In this document: piece by piece, positions 25,317-38,537 of the stretch | How positions within the stretch are numbered: the first letter of the stretch is position 1 | Layout: the number at the start of each line of letters is the position of its first letter | DNA from: Catajapyx aquilonaris | Lineage: Eukaryota | Length of the DNA: 64,000 nt | NCBI GenBank assembly: GCA_000934665.2 | Contig: JYFJ02001977.1 | Location: 1-64,000, forward strand | Direction of reading: 5' to 3' | The notes under the pieces: model-generated | Database searches by the model: none | The model's input: the letters and a program-made list of their open reading frames with translations, nothing else | Told to the model about the DNA's origin: nothing | Made by a program: the position numbers and the translations under genes

Positions 25317-28300
25317 ATGAGCAAGAAGGGGTCGAAGCGGAAGGAAGGAGCGCTGCTAGGAGCGGCAGCGGAGGTGGAGGCCAAAGCGCCGAAAGAGACG
25401 GCTCGACCAGGTGAGTTTTTTTTTGTTGTAACGGCCATTCTGAGATCAGGCCTGGACTTGTTTCAGACAGGCGGGCGTTCAGGTCTGATGGCTGACAATG
25501 ACTGGAACGGCCTCGGAATAATACTGGTTCTATGGGAAAGGAGCTGACACCATGCAGGGTTCGAATTATTTTTGGAATTGAAATTTTTAACAATTTTCAG
25601 CAAATTTTTATTTAGTTTTAAATATTCTGGGTAGTGCTTTCACCCCCCCCGTCGGGTATATCGCATGAACCTTTATTGACCGTTTTTATGTGCATTGTAC
25701 ATCGGAACCTTTGTACAAAGCGCCTGGCCCACGGGTAGGGTGAATGGGAGGGGATGTGCAAGGTGCAGTGCAATGCCGTTGCTGTGGTCATTTTGTGAAC
25801 TCTCCCCAGGTGGTTAGTCTCAAGGAATCCCACCCAGGATGAAGCCAGAGATAAAGGGGGGGATGCCAGGCTTGGGATCGAATCCTGGACCCTTACATCC
25901 GTGAGCTCATACATTACTGCAGCACCACTCCGCCGCCCCTATTTTTAAGCGAAATGAAACTAATGACTCCTATCCTGTGCCACCTGGATTTTTGAATTTA
26001 GTGCTGTTACAGCTCATGTGATGATGAAAGCTTTGTACAGAAGAGTAACTTCATGCTGCAGTATTTTTTTGTGCTGACAATTTTTGTGTGACAACTCAAA
26101 AAAAATAAATAAATAAATAAATAAAATGGGGCAGTAGCCATTTTGACGCAATCTGTGGTTGAAATGGCCTGATTGAATTGATTTTGACTTGATGCCCCAT
26201 TTTATGAGCTGATTGTTGGTAGGAAAGGAAAACTGAAGGTCATTTATATTATTTTATAGGCTACCTTATGCATTTGCGAAGTCCAACTAGTGTTTCAGTT
26301 TAGCAGTGCTCATGTATTAGGCAGGTATGACTGAGTGCTCAGAACCAGGATTTTGAACATGTGCTTTTTGTAGATATGGGAGCCTGTAAAATTCTTGAAT
26401 TTGAAATCTACCCATATTTTTTTATAGGCCAACTGGTGCAGATATGGTGTCATGTTACAATTTGAGTTTTTCTTGCAGTCATGACCAATGAACTAATGAT
26501 GAGCTATGTGATGGATCTTCTGATCCGGCCTAAATTTGACGTGGAAGAAACTTCCAAGATGTTAGACAGTGTCAGTGTTGTGGAGGATATGGTGAAGCTA
26601 GAGGAGCGGGCCTATCCTTGGCTTGCTGCCTTCAGAATGAGCACCCAGTTTGCACTCATGTCATCTGCAAAGGTCATTCTGGGCAGACTCATGGAGCTCC
26701 TCTACAGGTAAGCATTTTATGGGCGTATTACATTACAACCAGGGTTCACATTCTTCGTTGGCAAGAGCCACAGGAGCTCAGATATCTTGATATTCTCTCT
26801 GTCATGGAAGTTACTTGTAAGATATGACAGCACTCCAGTTTATTAGAAGGATAAACAATGCTCCTGTTTCAGCAAGAAATGTGCCTTTGTTTTGGAGTGT
26901 TTAACCATGAAGTCACATTGCTGCCTGTGATTTTTACCATTTTGGATAAATGGGCAGAAAACCTTGCACACATGTGAATTCATCTAGGACCACATTTGTG
27001 AACCAAATATAACCCATTAATATTTGCATCTAACTGGAAAGTCAAAGTTTTTGTGAGGGACTGAATGTTAGAAGAGCATTTTAAACAAAGTAATGCTGCA
27101 ATTCTTATTGCACAGCTCTCAGTATTCCCACTGTGTTGAGGAAACCTGGCATCTAGGTTGTAGTGTACTGTGTAATTTCTTCTGTGCCTTTTATGATCAG
27201 TTTTGCATTAATGTGGTGTAAATTGGTTGTAGCAATTTGTTTTAAAATGGCCAGTTCTAGGATTGGTTTTGTCGTGGATGTTTAATGGAGATATGTCATG
27301 TTTTGTGGCAATATAAGTTGACCAATTTTTTGTGAGTGAAAGTTGTTGACTACAGCTGATAGTTATTGAAATTTATGGTTACATACTCCTGGTTGGGTAT
27401 TCTAGTGCTGCATCAGAAGTAATATTACATTGTGCTGCATATAATGTGCATTAATTGGGAGGGAGAGAGGGAAAGAGAGAGAAAACACTGTCTAGACTGC
27501 CACAAGCTCTTGGCTGTACTTGCATTTGTTAGCTTTGTTGACACAGAAACCTTCCCTAGGATAGCAGCGTGTGCACAGAAGCAGTGGTAAATCTGATATA
27601 ATATTTTTACCATGTAGGAAGATGCAGCCTGAAGTTCTTGGCTGTGCAAAGAAGCCCCGTAAGGCTTCTAAACTAGCCATTATCATATGGGGCAGAATCC
27701 ACTACTTCAAGGAAATGTGGGATGGAAAAAGTGATCCAGTCTGCAAGGAAATGATGATGAAGCTCATGGTTCTCTACCTCGCATTGGAGATCGTCTCAGC
27801 AAGGTATGGTGGTGTTGGACAGCACTGTAACATATTGACAGAACATCCTATTCCATTGCACAAGTTTAATTATTGCTTTGGCTTCAATGGAATGTAAAGT
27901 AGTGTGTAGTATGTCAATCTATTATTATGTTATTCCCTGTGCTACCTTCCGGTATTATCAGAGAAGACTTCCCATGCATATTTTTACATTATTCATAATA
28001 TGACAGAGTTTTAAAGTTCGATGTCATAGAAATTGAGCTACACTCCTGCAAGTGAAATAATAATAGACTTGATGTATTGCATGCACAGGCTCTGCTAACA
28101 ATGTATGAATCACATTTGGAGGGAGTTCGTGAATTCCAATAGTATGTCAGTCTACACTTCTACAGCATTCATCCCTAACCTGCCATTGCATGATACAGTG
28201 TTTGAGATTCAGAGGATGCCAACTGATTGCATTACATCAATATTCTCTTTCCATTGGTGCATGCAATTTTCTTACTCAACTAGTATTTTGATTTTTTAAA

Positions 28301-31300
28301 TTTAGCAGTTCTATTTACCTGAACATGTGGCATTATCCATAATAAATTGAGTCAAAACGACACTTAACTCAATTTGCACACTGATTTCTGAGAAAATGAC
28401 AATAATCGTGATTCAGATGGTGCAGTCCATTTTTCTCAACCCTATAAGAGCCATCCCGAGTGACAGGTCAGTGGTAGGTGAAGCCCACCCTTTTTGTAGA
28501 TGCTTGTTGATGATTAAACTGACAATAAATCGATGATTTTGCTATAGCCAGTGGTAGAAATGGTAGGCCTTGGGTGACGTCACCAGCTGGGAACAAGCCT
28601 TTTTCTCCATTGCCCCCCCAGCCGGTGACGTCACCCAAGGCCTACCATTTCTTTCTCGCGAGGCTCTCACTCTATCACTTAGATTTGCACGTCTGCCGCA
28701 TCGGAAAATGTCTCTAGCAGTATGATGCAATTAATGTCCAACACCGTACACACTGCTGGATGGGGGTTAACCATCCTCATTGGTAGAGCAACCTTAATTA
28801 AATTTGAAATTGTTAATGGGAATTAATACGGTGCGGTCCCCAAAACCACTGAAGTTGTGACTGTTACATATTGATGAATCGGTTATGCAATTTCCTGTCA
28901 TTCCATAGTTTTGGACATATGGGGTTCGCATAATTTTCTGAAATTTTGGAATTATAATTATGTAGTTAAAATTCTTGTACCAGATCATATGGTAGAATTT
29001 CAATCACACTGTACACTTCTAGTGGTTTTGTGTTGGGGATAACTAATTAGCTGCATGACTTTAGTGTATTGGGTGTTTCTGTGTAATTTACGAGATGCTA
29101 GTGGTTTTTTGTTATTTCTATCAATTTTAATTGGTAATTACTAGGAGCTTGAAAAATGTGATATACTTCTGAAGTTTTAATGGAGTACTTTTGGAGATGC
29201 ATAAGATTTTTCATCTTAGATGTGATTATTGGAAGCTTATGGACATGTATTTTTCAGACGAGATGTGGAGGACATTGGAGAGGTGATCACTCGGGTGACT
29301 GTTCGATTGAGTGATGTCTTTGGTAAGTTTTTCACATGTAGGCCTACAAATTTGTCATCAGTTTTTACGTTCACTTATCTTTGCATGCTTCTTTACCACT
29401 GAACATTTAGATGGCAATAAGCAACTGACTCAGCTAGCTGTTATCCAGTCAGGACCCATAATGCACAGGAAGCGGAAACTGTCTCTTCAAATAATCAGGT
29501 TGGTACTGAGGTTGGCTTGCAATTATTCTTTTTCTCCAGTTATTTACTAATAGTTGATATTGATGTGCTGACATCAACACACATCACAAGAAACATTTTG
29601 CTCCTGTAAGTTAGCTTGCCTTGGAATTGGGCAGGAGGCATCCCACAACATGGATTGCCCTCTAATTCCTCCGAGGCTAAATGAAATTTGCCCTTGGTTA
29701 ATCCCAGTCGATTTTGCTTACCTATGCTAGACTGGTTCATGACTCGGGTACATTACAGATTGCGGCTTGGAATGTGGACATAGCTATCTATGGACATAGC
29801 CTAGCACTAGGCAGGTGTTAACTGCAATTCACTTGTAGCTGTAAGTTAGAGCACTGCACAAGCCTCAGTTGACAAATTTATTTTTCTTCTCAATGCAGAT
29901 ATACGTTGTCCATGAAGAGTGTCTTGAATGGATATAATTATGACCTACTTTTGAATGCCCTGGCATACCACCTTCTGCATAAACTGACACGTGGTTTGGA
30001 GAACAAGAAGAAAGTGCTAAAAGAAGCTGAGGTGAAACTGATACCTGCAACGAATTTTTCATCTTGGTGGAGGCATAAAGATCCTGAAAGGAGGCTCCCA
30101 TTGAAGAAGGGAAGTGGCATGGTGGAGGGAATCGTCGATGGGAAGTTCGATTTGAGTGAGATCTTGCCTGTTAGTATTGAGTTCTGTTTTATGTTTTATT
30201 TTCATAGTTACCAATGTACGTGGTTTAGTATGTCCCATGGGCACATTTGTTGTGGGAACCTGATGGAAGGATTGAGAAACTTTCTGGGAATGCTTTGAAA
30301 CAAGTGACCAACCAGTTCTCTTTTCAGCTGCTGACTTCAGAAGTGAGGGTGACAGTGAAGCACCTGCCATTGAAAGTGCCAATCACAGATGTTCAAGGAG
30401 ATACCCTCTTTTATGAAGATAAAGAAGCTGATCCCACCATGGCTACTGAATTTGTGACTGCTGAAGATGCTGGATTTTCAAAGGACATTTGCAGCGTCCC
30501 AGCCATGCCACATTGTGACAAGGGCAAGAAGCTCAAAGAGAAGCCTGATGGGAAACAAACAAAACTTCAGAAGCATGTGTCTGCCATCCTAAAGAAGCAG
30601 CAGAAGCAGAAGAAGAAAAAGGAGGAGGGGAAGAAACTTAAGAAAATGCTGCATAAGGGTATTAAAATTATGGGAGATTTTGTTGTGGAGGATATTCCTG
30701 AGGAGCAGATGGCACCATGGGACACAGCAGCACATGATGATGATGAAATGCCAGCTTCAGATATGAGTTCCAAACCTACCACAAAATATGCAGGATCAGA
30801 TGATGATAAGGTTACATGTGACTTGAGGAAAGACTCAGAAGGTAGTGATGAGTCTGACTCTATTGAAGACACTGCCTCAAATGAGCAGGAAAGCATTGGT
30901 GCAGAAGCTCCTGAAATACAGCTTCCTACTGGGAGTAGGGTGAATTCTAAAGTGGATGAAAGCGAGTCAGAATCTGAGAGTGGCAGTGATGAAGGTGATT
31001 ATGAGAGGGAGGCTGAACAGGTGTCTGAAGGCAAGGTTGAAGACGAATCTGGAGGTGAAGATGAATGTGATGAGGAAGAGGGTGAGCATATGCCAAGAAA
31101 GGTTGCAGATAATTCAGCAAGCAAGTCTGAGCAAGAGATGGACAGTGAGGTTGAAGATGCTGAGAGAAAAGTTCCAGAGACATTGGCAAACAAAGTTGAA
31201 GATGAAGCTGGAAGTGATTCTGAGAGAGAGTCACACAGTGAGGTTGAAGATGCAGGAGGAAAGGTTGTGGAGGCATCAGCAAGCAAAATTAAAGAGATAT

Positions 31301-34300
31301 CTGGAAGTGAGTCTGAGAGTGAGGTTGAAGATGCAGAGATAGGGGTTCTGGAGGGATCTGCGAGCAAGACGGAAGCAGAATCTGAACGAAAGAGTGATCA
31401 TCAAGAGTCGGAAAGTGATGATGATATTGAAAGGGCGGTTCCGGAGAAGTCTGCAAGCATGGTTGAAGATGAACCTGGAAGCGAGACTGATAATGAATCA
31501 GAAAGTGAGGTTGAATTTCCAAAACAGGTTGATGATAGCAGTCCGAGAAAGCAGAAACAAGAGTCTGAAAGTGAGTCGGAAACTAGCGAGGAAGAGAGTG
31601 TTGTGACAATTGCAGACAGTGAGATGGATAACCTGAATGAAAATGGAGATAGTGCAGAAGCAGGAAATGGAGCTAATGAAATTCACCAGGTTGGAGGTGA
31701 GAAGGTGGGAGATGTGACATTTCAGAAGGAAGATGATTTGAACTTGATATTGTCACCTGAAGATGTGAAGACCAACTCTGTGCAACTCCTTAGTGAGAGC
31801 CAAGTTCTAGGGATGTCCATTGATGATGATGGAAACAGTTCTGATTGCAAAATTACTGAAGTAATGCCAGGGTGTGAAGGTGAGATAGATGAGGCCTCTT
31901 CTGGGTCGGAAGAACTCGATTATGAAAGCACAGTGGAGGAGCTTTCAACAGTTCCATTTGCAACACCTCAGGCTTTGCCAGGTGATGTCGTGAAGATGTT
32001 GCCAGTGATTCTGGTCGAGAGACTGACACCTGAGAAGTTGCATGAATTATCACCAAATGAAAAGTTTCTTCAAAAGCCTGCATCAAGTAAGTCACCCACT
32101 ACTGTGTCACCTAACAAGACACCAAGCAAAAGAGGGTCTAAGAATGGATCCCCAGATGAGAAGTTTGTGACTCCACCCAAAGAAGAATGCATGACACCAC
32201 CGGACACATCAACAAGGTCATCCCGAAAGAGAACTCAATCAGCTACTTACTCAAACATTCCAGACAAGAGGAGTCCATTAACACAGGAAGCATTGGAAAA
32301 TTGCACCAGTGAAGACTTTCAGCTTCAGCTGAATGATTCCACACCAGCAAAAGTAAGTCCCACTAAGATTTCTACTCCTGAGAGCCTCAGAAGAAAACTC
32401 AATTTTGATGAGGATGAATCTGTAACACCAAAGAAGAAGTTGAGAGCATCACCAGAAGTGAAATTGTTGGAGGCAGAAGCTTTGTCAGTAATGTCCTCCA
32501 CACCCAAGGATTCGCCTGCAGAGGGTAAGAATGCAGCTGAGCTAGATGCTGAGTCACCATTGCAAGCTGCATCTGATATGAAATCGCCAGTGGTAAACAT
32601 GCCAAACAAGGCAATTACTACAGAGGGGGTGAAATCACCAAAAATGAAAAATGTGACACCAGCCAAGGACAGAAAATCTCCTTTGGTTGCAATCCAGAAG
32701 CAGACTACTCCAGCCAATATGAATAAGTCTCCTTTGGTGGTATCTCAAAAGCAGACAACTCCAGCCAAGATGAATAAGTCTCCTTTGGTGGCAATCCAGA
32801 AGCAGACGACTCCAGCCAAGATGAATAAGTCTCCTTTGGTGGCAATCCAGAAGCAGACGACTCCAGCCAAGATGAATAAGTCTCCTTTGGTGGCATCCCA
32901 GAAGCAGACTACTCCAGCCAAGATGAGTCAATCTCCTTTGGTGGCATTACTTAGGAAGATGACTCCAGCTAAAGAGGCCAAGTCACCAGTGGGGAAAATT
33001 ACTCCCACAAGTGAAAAGAAGTCACCAAGTTCACTGAAAAAGGGAACACCTACAAAAGGAATTAAGTCTTCCCCTTTGTTGCATAAATCACTGACTCCCT
33101 CCAAGTGGACAAAATCACCCATTGTAACAAGCTCACCAACCGCTTCTGGATCCAATGAACCAGTCACACCGAAAGTCACCCCCAAAAAAGGGCAGAAATC
33201 CACTCAAGTGACAGATTCCTTGGAAAAACCTGTGAAAATTGAGCAGGATTGTGGGGAGCAACTCGCAAGTCCAAGGAAGTCACCAAAAAAATCACCTTCA
33301 AAGTCACCTTCAAAGTCACCAGTGATCAACCAGGAATCGCCAAGCCAATTGACCAAATCACCAAATAAGAAAGATTCACCACAGAAGGCTACTGATGACT
33401 CTCAAAACCTTGAAACTGATAGTCAGGCTGGAATGAAGACCCCTCCAGATTCCAAGGCAACACCAAAGAGGACAGCCAGAACTCCTCGTCGAACTTCAAT
33501 GAGACTGACTGCCACATCCCCTTCAGCCAAAAAAGCAAGTTCAACCCCTCTCAAGATGCCTCCCAACACTCTTGGAACCATTCCTGAGGACGGCATGGAA
33601 AAGTCATCTGAAGGAACACCTAAAAAGGTGACTAGGCGATCATCAGTTACCCCTGGGCTCCCATCACCATACCTCACCAGGCTGCGAATTCGTAGGGAAA
33701 GTGGCCAGAGTGATGACTCGAAGGCAGGAGGTGAGGGACGAAGTTGTCGAATGTCATAGGTTGTCGCTAACATGAAATTTGTACATAGATGACCCTCCTG
33801 TTCCACTGACGCCCAAGAGATCCAGGAAATTATCACAAAAACAAGATGTGGCTGCAAGTGCTCTTCCAGGTATAGTGTCAGCCATGTGATTCATCTCTGA
33901 GTATGTTGTAACTAATTTAGGATTATTTACAGGTATCACAGAAGATGATGAGAAGTCGTCAGGGAATACTGGGCTCAAGAAGAAGTCCCCAGAGAGAAAG
34001 AGTGGTGGCACATTGAAGAGCACTGGCAGCCAGTCCACCGGTCTGTAATTACTGTGTGTTTTTGTATGAAAGAAGAAAATTGTTTTTTAACACCTTTGTT
34101 GCGAAGGAAAATGTGATTTGTGTGTTCAGTGTTTTGCAGCATATATTTGGATAGAAAAAACCAACTGCTATGAATTACATTGCTAGGCAGTGGTATCAAT
34201 TCCAGATATAAAAATGATCAAAATGGGATAAATTAATCAACTTACAGCCAATATGATCTCACTTTATGACAAAATGGGTTATTTTCTCTCTGAAACTAGG

Positions 34301-34603
34301 TTTTTCATTAGATTGTTCCAGGTTGGCATCCATTAGTTTACATACGGATAGGTCCTTACGTGTGCTGTATCAGAGTCAATGATTTGTATGGGAAAGTACA
34401 GTACAAAACCATGCATATCCATATGTATTGGTTGCCCCCCATTTTGTCTCTTGAAAAATTAATATTTCCTTACACATAATTTAAGAAATTTGTCAGCACT
34501 TTCTCTCCTTTTGCTGCGTATGTCACTAACATAAAGATGTTTGCAATGTAAGCTATTTTTTTGTTCTATTTCAGGGAGGACTCTGCGCACCCGCCAAAAG
34601 TGA
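25317..34603 (+). CDS. Uncharacterised ~1,500-aa protein with a folded-looking N-terminal region, acidic repeats and an S/T-P-rich basic C-terminus
   Basis: Phase-consistent GT-AG exons: 25317-25410, 26479-26707, 27618-27803, 29258-29322, 29411-29498, 29899-30169, 30229-33730, 33789-33869, 33933-34040, 34575-34603. The 3.5-kb exon is fully open. AATAAA lies at about 34864. It is divergent from PPCS. Confidence 0.8.
25640..25938 (-). mobile_element. tRNA-derived SINE (same family as 50451-50788)
   Basis: The minus strand starts ggcggcggagtggtgctgcag...ggattcgatccc (A- and B-box-like). It shares the body gagttcacaaaatgacca...gcacatcccctcc with the copy in NOP58 intron 2. Confidence 0.8.
28557..28750. 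mobile_element. Foldback/MITE relic
   Basis: Inverted repeat gaaatggtaggccttgggtgacgtcaccagctggg / cccagccggtgacgtcacccaaggcctaccatttc at 28557-28650. It is followed by an end (attaatgtccaacaccgta) shared with the element at 52895-53044. Confidence 0.65.
31100..31520 (+). repeat. Degenerate acidic coding repeat (about 27-33 aa unit, 4-5 copies)
   Basis: Recurrent SEVEDAxxKVxExSASKVEDExGS units in the long exon. Confidence 0.7.
32674..32990 (+). repeat. 51-bp coding tandem repeat (17 aa, KSPLVAIQKQTTPAKMN), about 6 copies
   Basis: Near-identical units aagtctcctttggtggcaatccagaagcagacgactccagccaagatgaat. Confidence 0.92.
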
Positions 34604-35149
34604 TTGAATTAAACCAGGACGTGACATTTAATTTGGTCATATTTTAATCGGAGCATATTCACTCTTTTTTTGAAACCCTGTGTTGTGTATTTGGATTTTT
34701 ACTGTACGAGTTGTGTTTAGACTTAATGTTGGCATGTGCCACACAACTTTTGCATTCCCCACCTAGTTCGAAATTGTTATACCTGTGATCTGACAATGGT
34801 GAAGTAATGTTACGTTTTGTGTTTATGTACGATGTTGGAAATCATGCATTTTGAAGTTTGGAAAATAAAGTGTTGACAAGATTTTGAAAGTTTTTGTTGG
34901 TAATATTTTCACATGCTTTAATTTGGCTATACAGTATGTAGGGCTGTATGTATGTGGTAAATATTTTAAATTTTGTTATTATAAACCATATATGACCATT
35001 TATGTGTACAGCAATTTTGCAAAATTTTTGCAGAGGTTTATTTGTATTGTTTTATGCTCCCAGGAGTTGAAAGTTCGGTAATCAGGCAGATAGTGATTAC
35101 CTTAAAATTTAATTTGCTTTAAATCTCTAAACTTTTGTGCAACTATGAG

Positions 35150-35829
35150 AGCCGCCATGTTGGAGCTCTCTCATCACGTGGTGTGAATCCCGCCTGCTGA
35201 TTGGCCAGCTGCTGTTAGACGCTCAACATGTCAGCCCCCTATCTCTGCTCAGTCGCAGTGTTTCCCCGAAAACTGCTCCAGTGTTGCCAACCCGTAGAGA
35301 TTTTCCAAGATGGCGACGGAACGGGAAAAGGGGAAAGGGGAAAAGTGAGCTCGTTCCAAAATGAGAGTCGCCTTTTGATCCCGTCGCCCCAGTGTGGAAA
35401 CCACCGATTTTTGTGTGGCCCTCGACTCCTCAATCGACTCCTACACTCTGTTGGACGGTTCGCAAGTTCGCACGCGGAAAATGTGGTCTGCTAACGAGTG
35501 GTGCTGAGGATGAAAGCCGTTTTATTGATCCGGATTTTATTCCGGGCGTGTGTATAAATGGCCGGAGTATCGGGCGGCGGGGGAGGGCGGAGGAGGCGGG
35601 CAGGAGGAGGAGGAGGAGGAGGCGGCGGCGGGGGGGAGGAAATTTCCGGGTTCGCTCCGGAGTGTGGCACGGACACGAGGCTCTGGGTTGGCCCCGGGGC
35701 CATGTGAGAGGAGGAGAGAGAACACCATCCGAAAGAAGAAGGGGAATCCGGGGATGGGGGAACCCGGAGGAGAGGAAATGATGGTGTCTTTTTGGCCCCG
35801 CCCATTTCGCAAGCTCAGGCTCATTCATG
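35150..35829 (+). promoter_or_regulatory. CpG-rich promoter and first exon of SOCS7
   Basis: Abruptly CpG-rich. It has YY1-like GCCGCCATGTT (about 35152), E-box CACGTG (about 35175), an inverted CCAAT box (about 35200) and a GGA/GGC-rich leader. A donor ATG|gtgggt lies at 35829/35830. Confidence 0.6.
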
Positions 35830-37299
35830 GTGGGTGTTTTTACTACGAACGTAGTTGCCATTTAGGGTGGGCGGAGGGGGGGAGGGGAAGGGGGAAGGGG
35901 GGGATAGAGGGAAGGTGGAGGTTAAAAAATGGAACCAAATCGGTACTTCACAGTATGGGCATTTTGGGGGATGATGAAGAATCCACAGTGGGCCATTAGT
36001 GAAAATTGTGTGTGGTTGTAATGAGGGTCAGTAATGCTGACCTCATTACAACTTAGTGAACGTTACAATAAATGAGTAATATGGTGGTTCAATTAGAATT
36101 TTAAAATTAGTGATGAATCAGTGACTGGTTTGTAACCTCCAGATGTTGGAACAAAAATAACTCTGCAAGGCCAAACCAAGTAAACCTTGTTTTGTAATGG
36201 AATGGTGACATCTCAGATTTAATTGAAGAGAGGGCCTTGTGTAAACTCTGTTTAATTTCACATAGAGTCCATGAAAGGTTCATTGAAAGAAATCAGACAA
36301 AATATGTCTGATTTCTATCAATAAACCTTTCATGGACTCAATGATGTCTGCATGTCTGTTTGTAGGGCAATATAGGAATGCAAAAAGGGTTCCCTTGCCT
36401 TGTTCATTGTGTGAACTTGGAAAATAATGACTGCTTAATTTTGTAAGTCAGGCTAGCAGAGGGTGATTTTTTTTTCGTGCTGCTGCAGTTTGCTTTGGTA
36501 GTAGGTAGTACTTGTTCAGTAGTTCAGTACTTGTTGAAGCAAATTTATTTATTTATTTATTTATTTAAGGTAACCAGTTGTAGGGCTAGCATACTTATTC
36601 ATATTCCAATTTGTTCCAGTTTAGATTGACTTCACTTTTCTTTCTATTGTTATTGTCACTTACATGGGAATTCTAACATTGGTGACATCAGTTTGAACTC
36701 ATTAAAAATTTACTTATGCTTACTACTCTTAATGTCCAGTACTCTGGTGTACTGTACTAGAGTGAGTGACTGCTCAACAAATCCATAGGAGAATACAGTG
36801 TCTCTCAGCTAGGTGCACATCTTTTCAATTGGTCTGCTTTGGGATTTGCCTCTTGGTGGAAGACGTCCCAGGTGTTTATAGCTGATTACATCAATTATTA
36901 ACATCTCTTACTTTGATCTGATATCCCATTGAATCTGTCTGGGCAACTGACATGCTAGCCCAAAAATACACATTCAATAAGGATTAACTCACTTTACATT
37001 ATTCCAGAACTTAATCATGCATGCCGATGTCCTCAAATGAAACATGGTTTTTTTCTGTTTTTGTTTTGGAACTTGAGGCAATCACAACCTAGGATGGCAA
37101 ATACTGATGTAGTTGCACATTAATTTAGGTGCATGTTACATTCTTCAGTTACATAGAGTTCAAACCTACGTAGGTGTCCAATTTTACATGCTCCCTCTGG
37201 CTACCTGAACCAAATGGATGTCAGCTCTTCACATTCTTCCACTTTGTGTAACATGTACGTATTTTTCTTTACCAAGATGAGTTATCAAGAGTAATTTTC

Positions 37300-38535
37300 T
37301 TAAATTTTGTGATGCCAGATGGTGATAAATATTGGTAATCAAATATTAAATATTGCTATCTTGATTGAGAACATCTGCTTCTCGAGTTCCACATATACAA
37401 ATTTGGCTATTATTCGGGTTTGACTCTCCCAATGGAAATTCCATTTTAAATGGAAGGACACCCGCATTCACATAACTAATCAATATAAATACCTCGGCGT
37501 ACCTTTTTTCGATTCAACCAAGTTTAATGATAACCCAAACTACTTCTGCTCAAAAGGCTCATCGTTGACTAGCGCTATTTGTACTGCTTGAATTAAGTGT
37601 AAAATCACAACCTTTCAACTACATTACAGCTTTTTGACGCACAGATATCTCCCTCTGTTCTGCACAACGCCAACCTTTGGGCATTATCTCATTCTGACCA
37701 GATTGAGAAGATACAAGCACAATTTTTAAAGAACTACCTGAATCTTCCATTAAACACAGCAGGATACTTTGTCAGACTAGAAACAGGAATAAGACCCTTT
37801 TAAATAAAAGTATTTAAAATTACAATTAGCTTCCTCGGTAAATGGCTCTTAAAGAAAAATCCCGCCAGTAACAATTTTGCTGCATCCTGTTTACAGTACT
37901 TAATTCTTCTTGGCAAGGATAACTGGTCCCCCTGGTTAAAAGATTTTGATAAGCTACTAAACAGGGTAGGTTCTTCATTTGATCATTATTTGAAATCTGA
38001 CTCTAAGGCGTACTCTTTTTCTTTAATAAGAACTTTAATTGACGAATCTATCCAAAAAGACCTTGCAGATATAAATAAGTCTACTAGATATATGAATTAT
38101 GCAACAATTTTAAAAAATTATTATTATTTAAGAGAAAGTTATTTTAATTACAACCTCCCTATCAGTATTACATGACTATTGGTAAACCTAAGAAATAACT
38201 CCCAAAAGACATGAATTAATAATTATAGATTTGTGTTTTCACCGAATGAAATATGTACTCTTTGCAATTCATTATCAAATTTTGATTTATTCCATGTTAT
38301 GTACAGTTGCCATTGTTTTGCATACAAAGATCTTCCTTACTTAAAAACTTTCCAAAAGTTCCACCCTACAGTGACATATTTTCAATCTTGGTCAATATTC
38401 CGGAATTTTGTTTATACCAATTGCACTGATTTTTTTTGTGCAGTATGTACCAAACTTTTGTTCTGTGACTAAATTGGATTGCATTATAGGGGGAATCCCT
38501 GCCCATGTGGCTGAGGCCCGGGGTACAATAATAAA
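37300..38535 (+). mobile_element. Decayed non-LTR retrotransposon, 3' part of the RT ORF
   Basis: Frameshifted remnants FKWKDTRIHITNQYKYLGVPF (about 37445), IEKIQAQFLKNYLNLPLNTAGYFVRLETG (about 37702) and the CCHC knuckle CTLCNSLSNFDLFHVMYSC (about 38254). The 3' end is A-rich. Confidence 0.8.
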
Positions 38536-38537
38536 AT

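Noticed and set aside
26018..26077. ATGATGA...CTGA box C/D snoRNA-like pattern
   Set aside because: Short, with a poor terminal stem and no recognisable rRNA antisense element.
32674..32990. Regularly spaced repeats as a CRISPR array
   Set aside because: They are head-to-tail in-frame coding repeats without unique spacers, in a eukaryotic context with no cas genes.
30567..33857. Many minus-strand ORFs over the large exon
   Set aside because: They are antisense artefacts of low-complexity or repeated coding sequence.
35262..35270. STAT site TTCCCCGAA in the SOCS promoter
   Set aside because: A single short match is expected by chance and there is no cluster.
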